Of a stretch of DNA of 64,000 nt, positions 45,656 through 54,691 are shown in pieces. Each line of letters begins with the position of its first letter. Position 1 is the first letter of the stretch. This DNA is from Parcubacteria group bacterium. Its GTDB lineage: Bacteria > Patescibacteriota > Microgenomatia > UBA1400 > PJMF01. The position numbers and the translations under genes were made by a program. The stretch is from positions 12,409 to 76,408 of the forward strand of contig CALQZX010000003.1 in NCBI GenBank assembly GCA_943350175.1, in the 5' to 3' direction. The notes under the pieces are model-generated. The model ran no database searches. It was not told where the DNA came from and worked only from the letters and a program-made list of their open reading frames with translations.

Positions 45656-46237
45656 TTAGTTAAGATGATCAGTTGAATTATAACTTAACAATTTATAACT
45701 ACCATCTTTGTGTAAATCAAAAATACTTAAACTGGTGTTACCTAATTTTTCCATTTTTAGCATTTCAGTATAGTTTTTGCCAAAAATATTAGCGATTATC
45801 GCCGCGCTAATACCACCATGGCAGATTAGTAAAACTATGTCTGAATCATGTTTTTGTTGAATGGAATTGAGAAAATTTCTGGCACGAGCAAAAAACTCTA
45901 CTTTTGACTCACCATGTTCTGGCTCAACATCAAGAACGCTGGTGACTTGCAGATCATGTTTGTTTTTTCCTTGAAATTCGCCAAGATCTCTTTCTCTTAA
46001 TTCCTCCGTTAAAAAAAACGGCGTGTTTTGGTGATAACAAGTAATTTCTTTAGCAGTATCCACCGCTCTAGCAAGATCGCTGGCATAAATGAAATCAAAA
46101 TGTTCATTTTTCAATCTTTTTCCCAAGGCTTTTGCCTGTTCAATACCTTCAGCTGAAAGTCTTCCTGGCATGTGTCCTTGCAAAATCCCTGCCTTATTTT
46201 CCTGCGTTTCTCCATGACGAGTGATGAAAAGTTTCAT
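45656..46237 (-). CDS. histidine phosphatase (phosphoglycerate mutase-like)
   Basis: RHGET..N, SDL.RA..TA, LRERDLG, CHGG; start corrected to leaderless ATG 46237. Confidence 0.92.
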   Translation of the reverse strand: MKLFITRHGETQENKAGILQGHMPGRLSAEGIEQAKALGKRLKNEHFDFIYASDLARAVDTAKEITCYHQNTPFFLTEELRERDLGEFQGKNKHDLQVTSVLDVEPEHGESKVEFFARARNFLNSIQQKHDSDIVLLICHGGISAAIIANIFGKNYTEMLKMEKLGNTSLSIFDLHKDGSYKLLSYNSTDHLN

Positions 46238-46303
46238 GTGGACAATTATACACATGAAGTAAAATCTGAACCGTGTGCATTTACATTTGGAATAACAGTA
46301 GTA

Positions 46304-46331
46304 TTGACAAAGTACATACATTTGTTATATT
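46304..46331 (+). promoter_or_regulatory. TA promoter with imperfect palindromic operator
   Basis: TTGACA...TGTTATATT; ACAAA-GTA-CA-TAC-A-TTTGT dyad in the spacer. Confidence 0.55.
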
Positions 46332-46619
46332 ATGAATATTGACTTTGAAATAGAATTTAGTGAAGAGAAGAATCAATTACTCAAAAAAACCAGAGGAATT
46401 TGTTTTGATGATGTGGTAGAAATAATCGAAAATAACGACATAATTGACGACATTAGCAACAAAAGTAAAAACCATAAAACACAAAGTTTATTGATCATCA
46501 AAATAAAAAATTACGTATACGCGATACCATACGTCAAAGATTTAATAAATAAAAAAATGTTTCTTAAAACAATTTATCCGAGCAGACTTTGGAAGAAAAA
46601 ATATGCAAAAAAAATTTAA
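46332..46619 (+). CDS. BrnT family toxin
   Basis: EFSEEKNQLLKKTRGICFDDV, YVY.IPYV, FLKTIYPSR. Confidence 0.85.
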   Translation: MNIDFEIEFSEEKNQLLKKTRGICFDDVVEIIENNDIIDDISNKSKNHKTQSLLIIKIKNYVYAIPYVKDLINKKMFLKTIYPSRLWKKKYAKKI

Positions 46620-46908
46620 CCCCTTCAAAAATTTAGTCCTAGACGAAGAAGAGCAAGAAATCGAAGATGCTTTAGAGCGTGGCGAGTATGTTTCCGTACC
46701 TAATCTGGAAGAGAGTAAAAAAATGTGGAAGCAGGCCGCCATTAACACCCTCAAAAAACGCAAGGCCAAAAGCATTACTTTGCGCATTAACGAATTAGAC
46801 TTAGAAAAAGTTAAGGCCAAGGCAGCTAAAAAGAAAATCCCCTACCAGACTTTACTAGGCTTGTTAATCAGTCGCTATGCCGATGATGAACTGAGCATCA
46901 GCATCTAA
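46603..46908 (+). CDS. BrnA/CopG-like antitoxin
   Basis: LD.EE.EI; ITLRI...DL..VK.KA....IPYQTL ribbon-helix-helix; overlaps toxin. Confidence 0.85.
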   Translation: MQKKFNPFKNLVLDEEEQEIEDALERGEYVSVPNLEESKKMWKQAAINTLKKRKAKSITLRINELDLEKVKAKAAKKKIPYQTLLGLLISRYADDELSISI

Positions 46909-46971
46909 GACCTCTTCTAAAACCAGACTTCGCTTGAAATATCTCTCCTGCTTTGCTACTTTAGACCTATC

Positions 46972-47844
46972 ATGTCAACACAACTTTCCCCTTATCAGCG
47001 TTTACTCAAAGAGATTCTTGACGAAGGAGCCCAGGGCCAAACCCAGCAAGAAGTCGATACCATTAGCAAAATTGCCCCTGCTCCACTTCATTTCAAATTG
47101 AGTGAAGGTTTTCCAATCATTACTGAACGCAAAATCAGCGAAAAAATGTGGAAAGGAGCCATTGGCGAAATTATTGGTTTTATCAATGGCGCAAGAACTC
47201 AAGAAGAATTGGAAAAATATGGCTGTAATTGGTGGAAATCTTGGGTGACAGAAGCCAAATGCCACAAACGCGGCTTAGAAACTGGCGATCTTGGTCCTGG
47301 CTCTTATGGTGCTGCTTTCCATGATTTTCCAACTGCTGATGGCGGGACTTTCAATCAATTCAAAGAAATCATTGAACAAATCAAAGAACTCCCTCACCTC
47401 AAAACTCACTTCATCAGTCCTTGGATTCCCCAATATACGATTCGAGGCAAAGGCAAACAGCAAAAAGTCGTCGTTTGTCCATGTCATGGCTGGATTCACA
47501 TTCGCGTCATTAATAACAAACTAACTTTGCACATGTTTCAACGCTCTAGCGATGTGCCAATCGGTCTACCTGCCAACCTAGCTCAGTATGCTGCCCTGAC
47601 CATGATGATCGCTGAAGTGACTGGCTACGAAGCTTACGAATATATTCATAGTTTTTCTGACGCCCATATCTTTGTCGACCAAGTTGATCATGTCAAAGAG
47701 CTACTCACTCGTGAGACCAGACCACTACCAAGAATGATTCTCAAAAACAAGAAAAAAAACTTATTTGATTATCGCGTCGAAGATTTTGAATTAGTCGACT
47801 ACAATCCTCACAAAGGTATGTGGGATATTCCAGTTGCCGTTTAG
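46972..47844 (+). CDS. thyA: thymidylate synthase family protein with remodelled phosphate site
   Basis: GFPI.T, GDLGP..YG, PCH, QRSSD..GLP.N..Y, DAH; R21/R126/R127/Y209 equivalents substituted. Confidence 0.9.
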   Translation: MSTQLSPYQRLLKEILDEGAQGQTQQEVDTISKIAPAPLHFKLSEGFPIITERKISEKMWKGAIGEIIGFINGARTQEELEKYGCNWWKSWVTEAKCHKRGLETGDLGPGSYGAAFHDFPTADGGTFNQFKEIIEQIKELPHLKTHFISPWIPQYTIRGKGKQQKVVVCPCHGWIHIRVINNKLTLHMFQRSSDVPIGLPANLAQYAALTMMIAEVTGYEAYEYIHSFSDAHIFVDQVDHVKELLTRETRPLPRMILKNKKKNLFDYRVEDFELVDYNPHKGMWDIPVAV

Positions 47845-47873
47845 TGGTAATTGGTAAAAAATTCAAGGAAAAA

Positions 47874-48344
47874 ATGAGTCAAAATAAAAATAATTTCATC
47901 AATGTCAATAATGCTCGTGCGGATGAGCAAATTGAGGTAATGCAAAAAATTGCCGATGAATCACATTGCCCTTTTTGCGAAGAGAATCTCCGTCTTTATC
48001 ACAAAAACCCCATTCTCAAAGATGGCAAATATTGGTTAGTCACCAAGAACCAATGGCCTTACGAGCACACTAAGCATCATTTTCTTTTAATCTATAAAGA
48101 ACACGCCGCTGTTCTATCTGATCTAGCAGCTGAAGCTGGCAGCGAGCTTTTTACCATGATTAAAGAATTAGAAAAAGAATATAAATTTGAAGGTGGTGGT
48201 TTTTCTATGCGCTTTGGAGACACCGACTTTTCTGCCGGTACTGTCAATCACTTACACGTCCAACTTGTCATTCCAGATGCCATGGCCAAAGATTTTGAGC
48301 CAGTAAAGATTAAGTTGGGATTGCAGTGGGATAGAAGAAAGTAG
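47874..48344 (+). CDS. HIT family nucleotidyl hydrolase/transferase (HxHxQ type)
   Basis: CPFC, N.WPY, GTVNHLHVQ; ATG 47874 with AAGGA SD. Confidence 0.85.
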   Translation: MSQNKNNFINVNNARADEQIEVMQKIADESHCPFCEENLRLYHKNPILKDGKYWLVTKNQWPYEHTKHHFLLIYKEHAAVLSDLAAEAGSELFTMIKELEKEYKFEGGGFSMRFGDTDFSAGTVNHLHVQLVIPDAMAKDFEPVKIKLGLQWDRRK

Positions 48345-48357
48345 GATATTAAACCAC

Positions 48358-48945
48358 TTATTTTAAATCGAGATCGGTTAGTTTGTTTTTTAAAAGATAA
48401 GAAATACCAGTTAAATTTGCTATTTGTTCATCAAGTGGCAAAGAACCCAATTCTTTTATTTCCTTTTCTAAAATAGAATCATTAATAACTGGATTGACTC
48501 TTAAATATAAATCTTGCTCAAAAATTCCTGCAGTTTTCTCTTCAGGACTTATGGTCTTCACACCAAAAGCACTAAGAATTTTTCTAAAAAATTTATTTGG
48601 AGATGGTGTTTTTCTTATAGAATCAATTTTATGTTGAGCTCCAAACTGTTCCCTACTATTTTCATTGATTCTTGAAATAAGATTTCTGATCTGCTCAGCT
48701 TTATCAATCCATTCATTTTTAGTATTATCTATTTCATTTATTAAAAAAAGAATTCTATCTCTAGTAGATATTTCCCCAAATGCTATATCATTACCATTTA
48801 TTTTATCCAATAATTTCTTGGCTTCCGTAGCAAAATTTGCAATAATTTCATTCAAAGAATCATCAGCATAAGTGGGGATTTTTGGTAGTTCATGCACAAC
48901 CCCTTTAAGCGAGGCAATTGGATCTTCTTTGACAATTTCAACCAT
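48358..48945 (-). CDS. AT-rich helical hypothetical protein
   Basis: ORF with AAGGA SD before ATG 48945; no motif recognised. Confidence 0.55.
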   Translation of the reverse strand: MVEIVKEDPIASLKGVVHELPKIPTYADDSLNEIIANFATEAKKLLDKINGNDIAFGEISTRDRILFLINEIDNTKNEWIDKAEQIRNLISRINENSREQFGAQHKIDSIRKTPSPNKFFRKILSAFGVKTISPEEKTAGIFEQDLYLRVNPVINDSILEKEIKELGSLPLDEQIANLTGISYLLKNKLTDLDLK

Positions 48946-48956
48946 ACAAACTTTCC

Positions 48957-49886
48957 TTATTTTTTGCAAACAAGATTATAGCAATTCTTAACGACCGATC
49001 TTTCTTGTTCCATTTTTTCAATTTCAATAAATTCCTCTTTAGAAAATTGCACCAAGACCACTTTCACTCCAAAAGCTCTGAGTATTTCCAAGCCATCTAA
49101 AACAGCATATCCTTTAGCATAGTAGACTTTTTTAATCCCAGAGACAGCTATCTGTTTGGCACAAATTGGACAAGGAAAAGTCGTCACAAACATTTCTGCT
49201 CCATCCAAGGCAATGCCTTTTTTTGCAGCCAAGGCAATGAGATTGGCCTCGGCATGAATGGAGCTACTAAAATCAGCTCCAACCCCAGAAGTATAGGAAA
49301 TACGAGGATCACTGTTCTTGTATTGTTGATCGCTAGTTGGTAGATGTTGATTACAACCCGCCATAATCACTTGACCATTTTTGGTGATTAAACCACCTAC
49401 ATGGCGCCACCAATCACTACTCTTGCCGGCCTCAAGAAAAGCCTTAACCATGGTTTTTTGCTCAAACTCTTCTCTACTGATTTTCATATCACTTGAGATT
49501 TCATTTTGCCCACTCATTAAATTTTTATCCCAGCGTAGAAAAATTGGCTCGAATTTTTTGTTAGCAACCTTAGAAAAAAACTTATCGGCAATAAAATGAC
49601 CGATGTCGTCATTGGTAAAAACAAATTGAACATCTGAGTCAATTAATTGATCAATTTCTGATAATTTGATTGATTTAACAATATTAAATATATTCCATGA
49701 TTTAACTGCTTGAACAGCTAAAGACAAGTTTAAAACCCGAATGTCTTTCTTTAAATATTCCAATTCTTCAAAGTCTAAAAGCTCTTCTTTGTCTAAAATA
49801 TACAACTCACTTTGCACATATTTAGCAAAAAATTCCTGATAACCACGGTGCAAAACTGGAATATAGGCGATAAGAATTTGTTTCAC
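48957..49886 (-). CDS. dCMP deaminase family protein fused to an N-terminal HIGH-like domain
   Basis: IHAEAN...FPCPIC Zn motif; N-terminal AYIPVLHRGY. Confidence 0.88.
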   Translation of the reverse strand: MKQILIAYIPVLHRGYQEFFAKYVQSELYILDKEELLDFEELEYLKKDIRVLNLSLAVQAVKSWNIFNIVKSIKLSEIDQLIDSDVQFVFTNDDIGHFIADKFFSKVANKKFEPIFLRWDKNLMSGQNEISSDMKISREEFEQKTMVKAFLEAGKSSDWWRHVGGLITKNGQVIMAGCNQHLPTSDQQYKNSDPRISYTSGVGADFSSSIHAEANLIALAAKKGIALDGAEMFVTTFPCPICAKQIAVSGIKKVYYAKGYAVLDGLEILRAFGVKVVLVQFSKEEFIEIEKMEQERSVVKNCYNLVCKK

Positions 49887-49896
49887 AGTAAACCTC

Positions 49897-50460
49897 TCAG
49901 TTTGTTTTTAATTCTTCAAGAACCTCTTCAATACTTTTAATCAATTTAGTTCTCATGCGATCTTGAAGCTTGCGAGCAGTATTCATTTGCATGAGGCGAA
50001 TTTTGGCAGTCGTGGAAGTCGTGGCCATTGGATCAAGCACTACCACTTTGCCGCAAATTTTCTCCAGATCTTTAATGGTTTTATCATCATAAGTTTCTGC
50101 TGTAGCGATCAAGACATCTGGTTTGATTAACTTAATTAGGTTGAATTTAGTCTCTCCAGCCTCTTTCAAAACTACATAATCAACACTACGCAAATGAGTC
50201 AACATTTCCATACGCTCATCTTCTGGAACGATTGGGCGATTTGGACCTTTGCGCTGACGAACTTTCTCATCACTATCTACGCCAACAATTAAGACATCAC
50301 CAAAATCACTAGCCATATCGCAGTAACGAGCGTGACCGATATGAACCAAATCAAAAGAGCCCTGAGTAAGAACTATTTTCTTTTTTTCTTTTCTCAATTC
50401 TTTAATAATTGGTGAAATATCAGCGGCTTTGAGAATGATATGAGCACTAGAATTATTCAT
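49897..50460 (-). CDS. HIGH-motif nucleotidyltransferase (RfaE domain II/TagD-like)
   Basis: GSFDLVHIGH, LIVGVDSD, KGPNRPI...ER, STT. Confidence 0.9.
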   Translation of the reverse strand: MNNSSAHIILKAADISPIIKELRKEKKKIVLTQGSFDLVHIGHARYCDMASDFGDVLIVGVDSDEKVRQRKGPNRPIVPEDERMEMLTHLRSVDYVVLKEAGETKFNLIKLIKPDVLIATAETYDDKTIKDLEKICGKVVVLDPMATTSTTAKIRLMQMNTARKLQDRMRTKLIKSIEEVLEELKTN

Positions 50461-50469
50461 AAACTTTTT

Positions 50470-51228
50470 CTATAGATGATATGGAACTTGATGTTTAAAA
50501 GCCACTGAGTCAACTCGTTGTAAAACCTTGGTTGCTAATTCCTGTTGTTCTTTAGGGAAAAGATTGAAAATTTCATTCTTCGGTACTTTTTGATCAATCA
50601 AATATGCGAGCACTTGATCGGCTAGCTCATAACTAAAGCCAAACTCTTGTTCATCACTTTGGTTTTGCCAAAGACCAGCGGAAGGAGCTTTCTCTAAAAA
50701 GACTTCTGGCAAATTAAGCTCTCTAGCCAGCTGACGAACTTGTGTTTTATATAGAGTCAGAAGTGGCTCAAGGTCAGAAGCCTCATCTCCAAAACGAGTA
50801 AAATATCCAAGATAATGTTCAGATTTATTTTCTGTACCAACTACCAAAGCATCTTTGCTTTTGGCATAATCAAAAACCGCCATCATACGAGCGCGAGCCA
50901 TTAAATTTCCTTTGCGCAATTGATCGCTCGATTCTACCTGCAGTGATTTGCAAGCTGCGTCGACCATTGAAGCGATATTTAAAGTTCTTCTATTCTCCAC
51001 TGGAATCTGCCAAAAATCCAAAATTGCTTCCGCATCTTCCATATTTTGTCGTTCATATGGCAATAAAATAGGCCAAATTTGTTCTTTAGGCATGGCTTTT
51101 ACGAGTAGCGAAAGCGAAAGTGCACTGTCGATGCCACCAGAAACAGCAATCACTGCATTTTTTTTAGCAGCTGCTGCAAAAGTTTTTTGCAAGAAAAGGA
51201 CAATTTCACCTATCTCAATCATAAACAA
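50470..51228 (-). CDS. nadE: NH3-dependent NAD+ synthetase
   Basis: SGGIDSA, GNLMARARM, GTENKSE, GYFTRFGD, PSAGLW. Confidence 0.96.
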   Translation of the reverse strand: MFMIEIGEIVLFLQKTFAAAAKKNAVIAVSGGIDSALSLSLLVKAMPKEQIWPILLPYERQNMEDAEAILDFWQIPVENRRTLNIASMVDAACKSLQVESSDQLRKGNLMARARMMAVFDYAKSKDALVVGTENKSEHYLGYFTRFGDEASDLEPLLTLYKTQVRQLARELNLPEVFLEKAPSAGLWQNQSDEQEFGFSYELADQVLAYLIDQKVPKNEIFNLFPKEQQELATKVLQRVDSVAFKHQVPYHL

Positions 51229-51236
51229 TTTACAAT

Positions 51237-51518
51237 TTAGCGTTTTTTACGCTTAGTTGTTTTCTTCGTTGGGGCAGTTTGTTTTTGCCAATTTTTATAA
51301 AGTGGATTTTCGGCAAAAAAGCATAAGTAAATAATTGGCAAAATACTCATGGTGTTTAAAACCATCAAGGCGATAAACCAAGCTGTTTGGTTGGCGCGCG
51401 CAGCGCGCCACAGCGATACCGCTCTTAGAATAAGATCTGTTAAAACCAAGGTTACGAAAAGAAAAGCCATGATAGGAAAAAGGTGCCAAAATTCTGGAAA
51501 ATATGATTGGTTAAACAT
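51237..51518 (-). CDS. small two-TM protein (PLDc_N-like)
   Basis: LWRAAR..Q.AWFI.L..LN...ILPIIY pattern; leaderless promoter. Confidence 0.7.
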   Translation of the reverse strand: MFNQSYFPEFWHLFPIMAFLFVTLVLTDLILRAVSLWRAARANQTAWFIALMVLNTMSILPIIYLCFFAENPLYKNWQKQTAPTKKTTKRKKR

Positions 51519-51538
51519 AATTTAATTCTAGCATATCT

Positions 51539-51847
51539 TTATGCTCGTTTTTTGACCTTTACTCCCACCATATCTATTTGATCAAAATCTTGTCTCGCTA
51601 AATCCCAAAATTTTTCTGAAAGTTTCTGAGAATAGGTGCTAAAAACTCCTCTGCCCATTGAGCTGCATAAGCGACGATCGAAATCTCTAATTTTATCGAC
51701 TACTCTTTGGCCAACTTGATGAAATTCCTCTTCATTTGCTCCAGAGCTTTCTCTAAAGCGATCGTTAATTTTGAGAAAATCATCAAAAAGCTGACGATTC
51801 TCTGCTACCATTTTTTCATAATACTCACGATATTTGGTCTGTGACAT
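51539..51847 (-). CDS. hypothetical protein
   Basis: ORF overlapping nadD end, same orientation. Confidence 0.65.
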   Translation of the reverse strand: MSQTKYREYYEKMVAENRQLFDDFLKINDRFRESSGANEEEFHQVGQRVVDKIRDFDRRLCSSMGRGVFSTYSQKLSEKFWDLARQDFDQIDMVGVKVKKRA

Positions 51848-52439
51848 AAAGCTTATTATCTTTTATATAATTAATTACTTTATCATCTAGTAGATCATTT
51901 AAGCTAGTATTATTCATAAAAGCTTCTCTGACTTTAGTTGAAGAAACTTCCATTTTTGGAAAACCATCCAAAGCTTTCATTCCTTCATGCAGCAAGGAAA
52001 AAGAAAATGAAACTCTTGGATAAACATAAAAAGGATATTTTTTTAGCATCAATTGATAATCATGCCAAAGGTGAAATTTAGCCAAATTATCTGAACCGAT
52101 TAAAAAGGAAAATTCATGCTCTGGATACTTCCCCGACAGGGCTTCCAAGGTTGAAAAAGTCTGACTCTCTTCCTCACGCTCTAACTCATATTTTTCTATA
52201 AAAACTTTATCTTTGAGTGAAGAATTATTCTCGAAAAGACTTTCCATCATTAGTGAAAGCATAGCTAAACGATGATTATTACTAACAAAATTTTTGGAGA
52301 AACTGTGCTGACCAACTGGCAAAAGCCAAAGCTGATCGAAAACAATTCCGTCGATCGATTTTGACAAAACCTGCTCTACCATTAGCTGATGACCTAAATG
52401 AGGGGGGTTAAATGTTCCACCGAAAACGAGAATTTTCAT
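51825..52439 (-). CDS. nadD: nicotinate-nucleotide adenylyltransferase
   Basis: GGTFNPPHLGH, IGSDN..F..W, VSSTKVR. Confidence 0.94.
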   Translation of the reverse strand: MKILVFGGTFNPPHLGHQLMVEQVLSKSIDGIVFDQLWLLPVGQHSFSKNFVSNNHRLAMLSLMMESLFENNSSLKDKVFIEKYELEREEESQTFSTLEALSGKYPEHEFSFLIGSDNLAKFHLWHDYQLMLKKYPFYVYPRVSFSFSLLHEGMKALDGFPKMEVSSTKVREAFMNNTSLNDLLDDKVINYIKDNKLYVTDQIS

Positions 52440-54640
52440 TTCTTTTTCGCTACTGTTTTTTTCTTAGCAGCTGGTTTTTTTACTGACTTAGCTTTGGCAG
52501 GTTTTTTCTTAACAGCCGGCTTAGCTTTTTCATCTGGTTTCTTATTCTTATTCATCTTGGCCTTCCATTCTTCTCTCTTCTTTTTCATCTCATCCCACTC
52601 TGCCTGAGTCAGCTTGTAATCAACTTCTGGTTTTTTCCAGGAAGCAAAATCACATTTTGGATACAGCGAACAGCCATAAAATGGCTTACCCCATCTGGTA
52701 TTTTTTACTACCACATCACCTTCACCGCATAATGGGCAATGTTGATCTGGTAAAGTCTCTACAATATTCTTGGTGTACTTACATTCTGGGAAACGGCTGC
52801 AGCTCATAAACTTGCCAAAACGACCGGTACGAATCACTACTTCACCCTCGCTGCATTCTGGACATTTCTCACCAGTTTTTTCGACAGGCACTTGAACGCG
52901 CTCTGCTTCTTTGGTGACATCAGCAATTTTACTAGCGAGTGGCTTGTAAAATAAATCGATAATAGTTACCCAATCCTTTTCACCAAGAGCAATTAAATCC
53001 AGGTCTTCTTCCATAGAAGCTGTGAAGTCATAGTCCATGAAATTATTAAAATGCTCAACCAAGAAGTCACAAACAGTAATGCCAATTGAAGTGGCAAAAA
53101 ATTTCTTCTGCGTTCTTTCCACATAGGCTCTGTCAACAATCACTGAAATAATTGAAGCATAAGTACTAGGTCTACCAATGCCTTTTTTTTCTAGTTCTTT
53201 GACCAAAGAAGCATCATTGTATCTTGGAGGAGCTTGGGTAAATTTCTGCAAAGAAGCTAGATCTAAGTAAGCAAGAGCATCTTTTTCTGTAAGATTTGGC
53301 AAAATTTGATCTTCAGCAATTGAGAAGAGTCTTCTCCAACCATCAAATCTCACCACTGAACCACTGCTACGCAACATGTAGATATTTTTGTTCTCTTTAG
53401 CGCTGGCTTTGACCAAAATAGTGGTTTGATCGTAAATCGCGGCGTTCATCTGTGAAGCCAAGAATCGACGCCAAATTAAGTCGTAAAGCTTGATGTGTTG
53501 CTCAGTCAAAGAAGCTGCCTTGCTGACAATGTTGTTTCTATCAATTGAAAGATCGGTAACACGAATAGCCTCATGAGCTTCTTGAGCATTTTTGGATTTT
53601 TTATCAAAAACTCTAGCTTTAGCTGGCAGATAATCATTACCAAAATGCTTGGCGATGTACTCGCGAGCTTTATCTACTGCGGCGCTGGACAAGTTGAAAG
53701 AATCAGTACGGTGATAGGTAATTAAACCTTCTTCATAAAGCCTTTGCGCTAAACTCATGGTTTGCTTGGCTGAATAACCAAAACTCGTCGCAGCGGCTTG
53801 CTGTATTAATGAAGTGGTAAAAGGAGGTAAACTCTGGCGATTACGCTCGGTTTTCTCAACTTTATCAACCAAATAATTTGCAGTCAATAAATCTTTGGTA
53901 ATTGCATCGGCATCAGCAGCGTTGGAAATAACAGCTTTTTTATCATTAACCTTATCTAAGTTGGCAATAAAAATATTCTGATCCAAATTTTCTTTTGGCT
54001 TACCTTCTTCATCGAAAGCCTTTTGCTCTTTTAACAAACCGTCTTTGGCCAAAGCCACTGATAATTCCCAAAATTCTTCTGGCTTGAAAGCCAAAATTTC
54101 TTTTTCTCTCTCTACAATTAAGCGTAAAGCCACAGACTGAACACGTCCAGCAGACAGACCACGACGAATCTTTTTCCACAGCACTGGAGAAACCTGATAA
54201 CCAACTAAGCGGTCAAGAACACGACGAGCTTGCTGTGCATTGACCAGATCCAAATTAAGTTTTCCTGGATTTTCGATAGCAGCTTTGACTGCCTCTTTGG
54301 TAATTTCGTGAAAGGTAGAGCGATAAAAATTATCTTTATTCTTACTATCTTCAAGCAAAAATTTAATATGCCAAGCAATTGCCTCGCCTTCTCGGTCAGG
54401 GTCAGTCGCCAAATAGATTTTATCGGCAGTCTTGGCCAACTTACGTAAAGTAGCCACCACTTTCTTTTTATCAACACTCACTTCATAAACAGGTTGGTAA
54501 TGGTTCTCTAGATCAATGCCCAAAGTTTTCTTTGGCAGGTCTCTAACATGGCCCACAGAAGCCTCAATGGCATACTTGCTACCCAAGTAGTCTTTTAGTT
54601 TTCTGGCTTTAGTAGGTGACTCGACGATGACTAGATCCAT
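52436..54640 (-). CDS. topA: DNA topoisomerase I with Zn ribbons and Lys-rich tail
   Basis: IVESPTKA, ATDPDREGE, SAGRVQS, ITYHRTDS, GIGRPSTY. Confidence 0.98.
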   Translation of the reverse strand: MDLVIVESPTKARKLKDYLGSKYAIEASVGHVRDLPKKTLGIDLENHYQPVYEVSVDKKKVVATLRKLAKTADKIYLATDPDREGEAIAWHIKFLLEDSKNKDNFYRSTFHEITKEAVKAAIENPGKLNLDLVNAQQARRVLDRLVGYQVSPVLWKKIRRGLSAGRVQSVALRLIVEREKEILAFKPEEFWELSVALAKDGLLKEQKAFDEEGKPKENLDQNIFIANLDKVNDKKAVISNAADADAITKDLLTANYLVDKVEKTERNRQSLPPFTTSLIQQAAATSFGYSAKQTMSLAQRLYEEGLITYHRTDSFNLSSAAVDKAREYIAKHFGNDYLPAKARVFDKKSKNAQEAHEAIRVTDLSIDRNNIVSKAASLTEQHIKLYDLIWRRFLASQMNAAIYDQTTILVKASAKENKNIYMLRSSGSVVRFDGWRRLFSIAEDQILPNLTEKDALAYLDLASLQKFTQAPPRYNDASLVKELEKKGIGRPSTYASIISVIVDRAYVERTQKKFFATSIGITVCDFLVEHFNNFMDYDFTASMEEDLDLIALGEKDWVTIIDLFYKPLASKIADVTKEAERVQVPVEKTGEKCPECSEGEVVIRTGRFGKFMSCSRFPECKYTKNIVETLPDQHCPLCGEGDVVVKNTRWGKPFYGCSLYPKCDFASWKKPEVDYKLTQAEWDEMKKKREEWKAKMNKNKKPDEKAKPAVKKKPAKAKSVKKPAAKKKTVAKKK

Positions 54641-54691
54641 AATTTAACTTTCTTTCAAAAACATGCAACAGTTGCCCATTCTAGCTGTATT

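Noticed and set aside
49897-50460. ADP-heptose synthase for LPS, or a second NadD
   Set aside because: No kinase domain or LPS genes nearby, a canonical nadD is already present, and the gene is tightly coupled to the deaminase.
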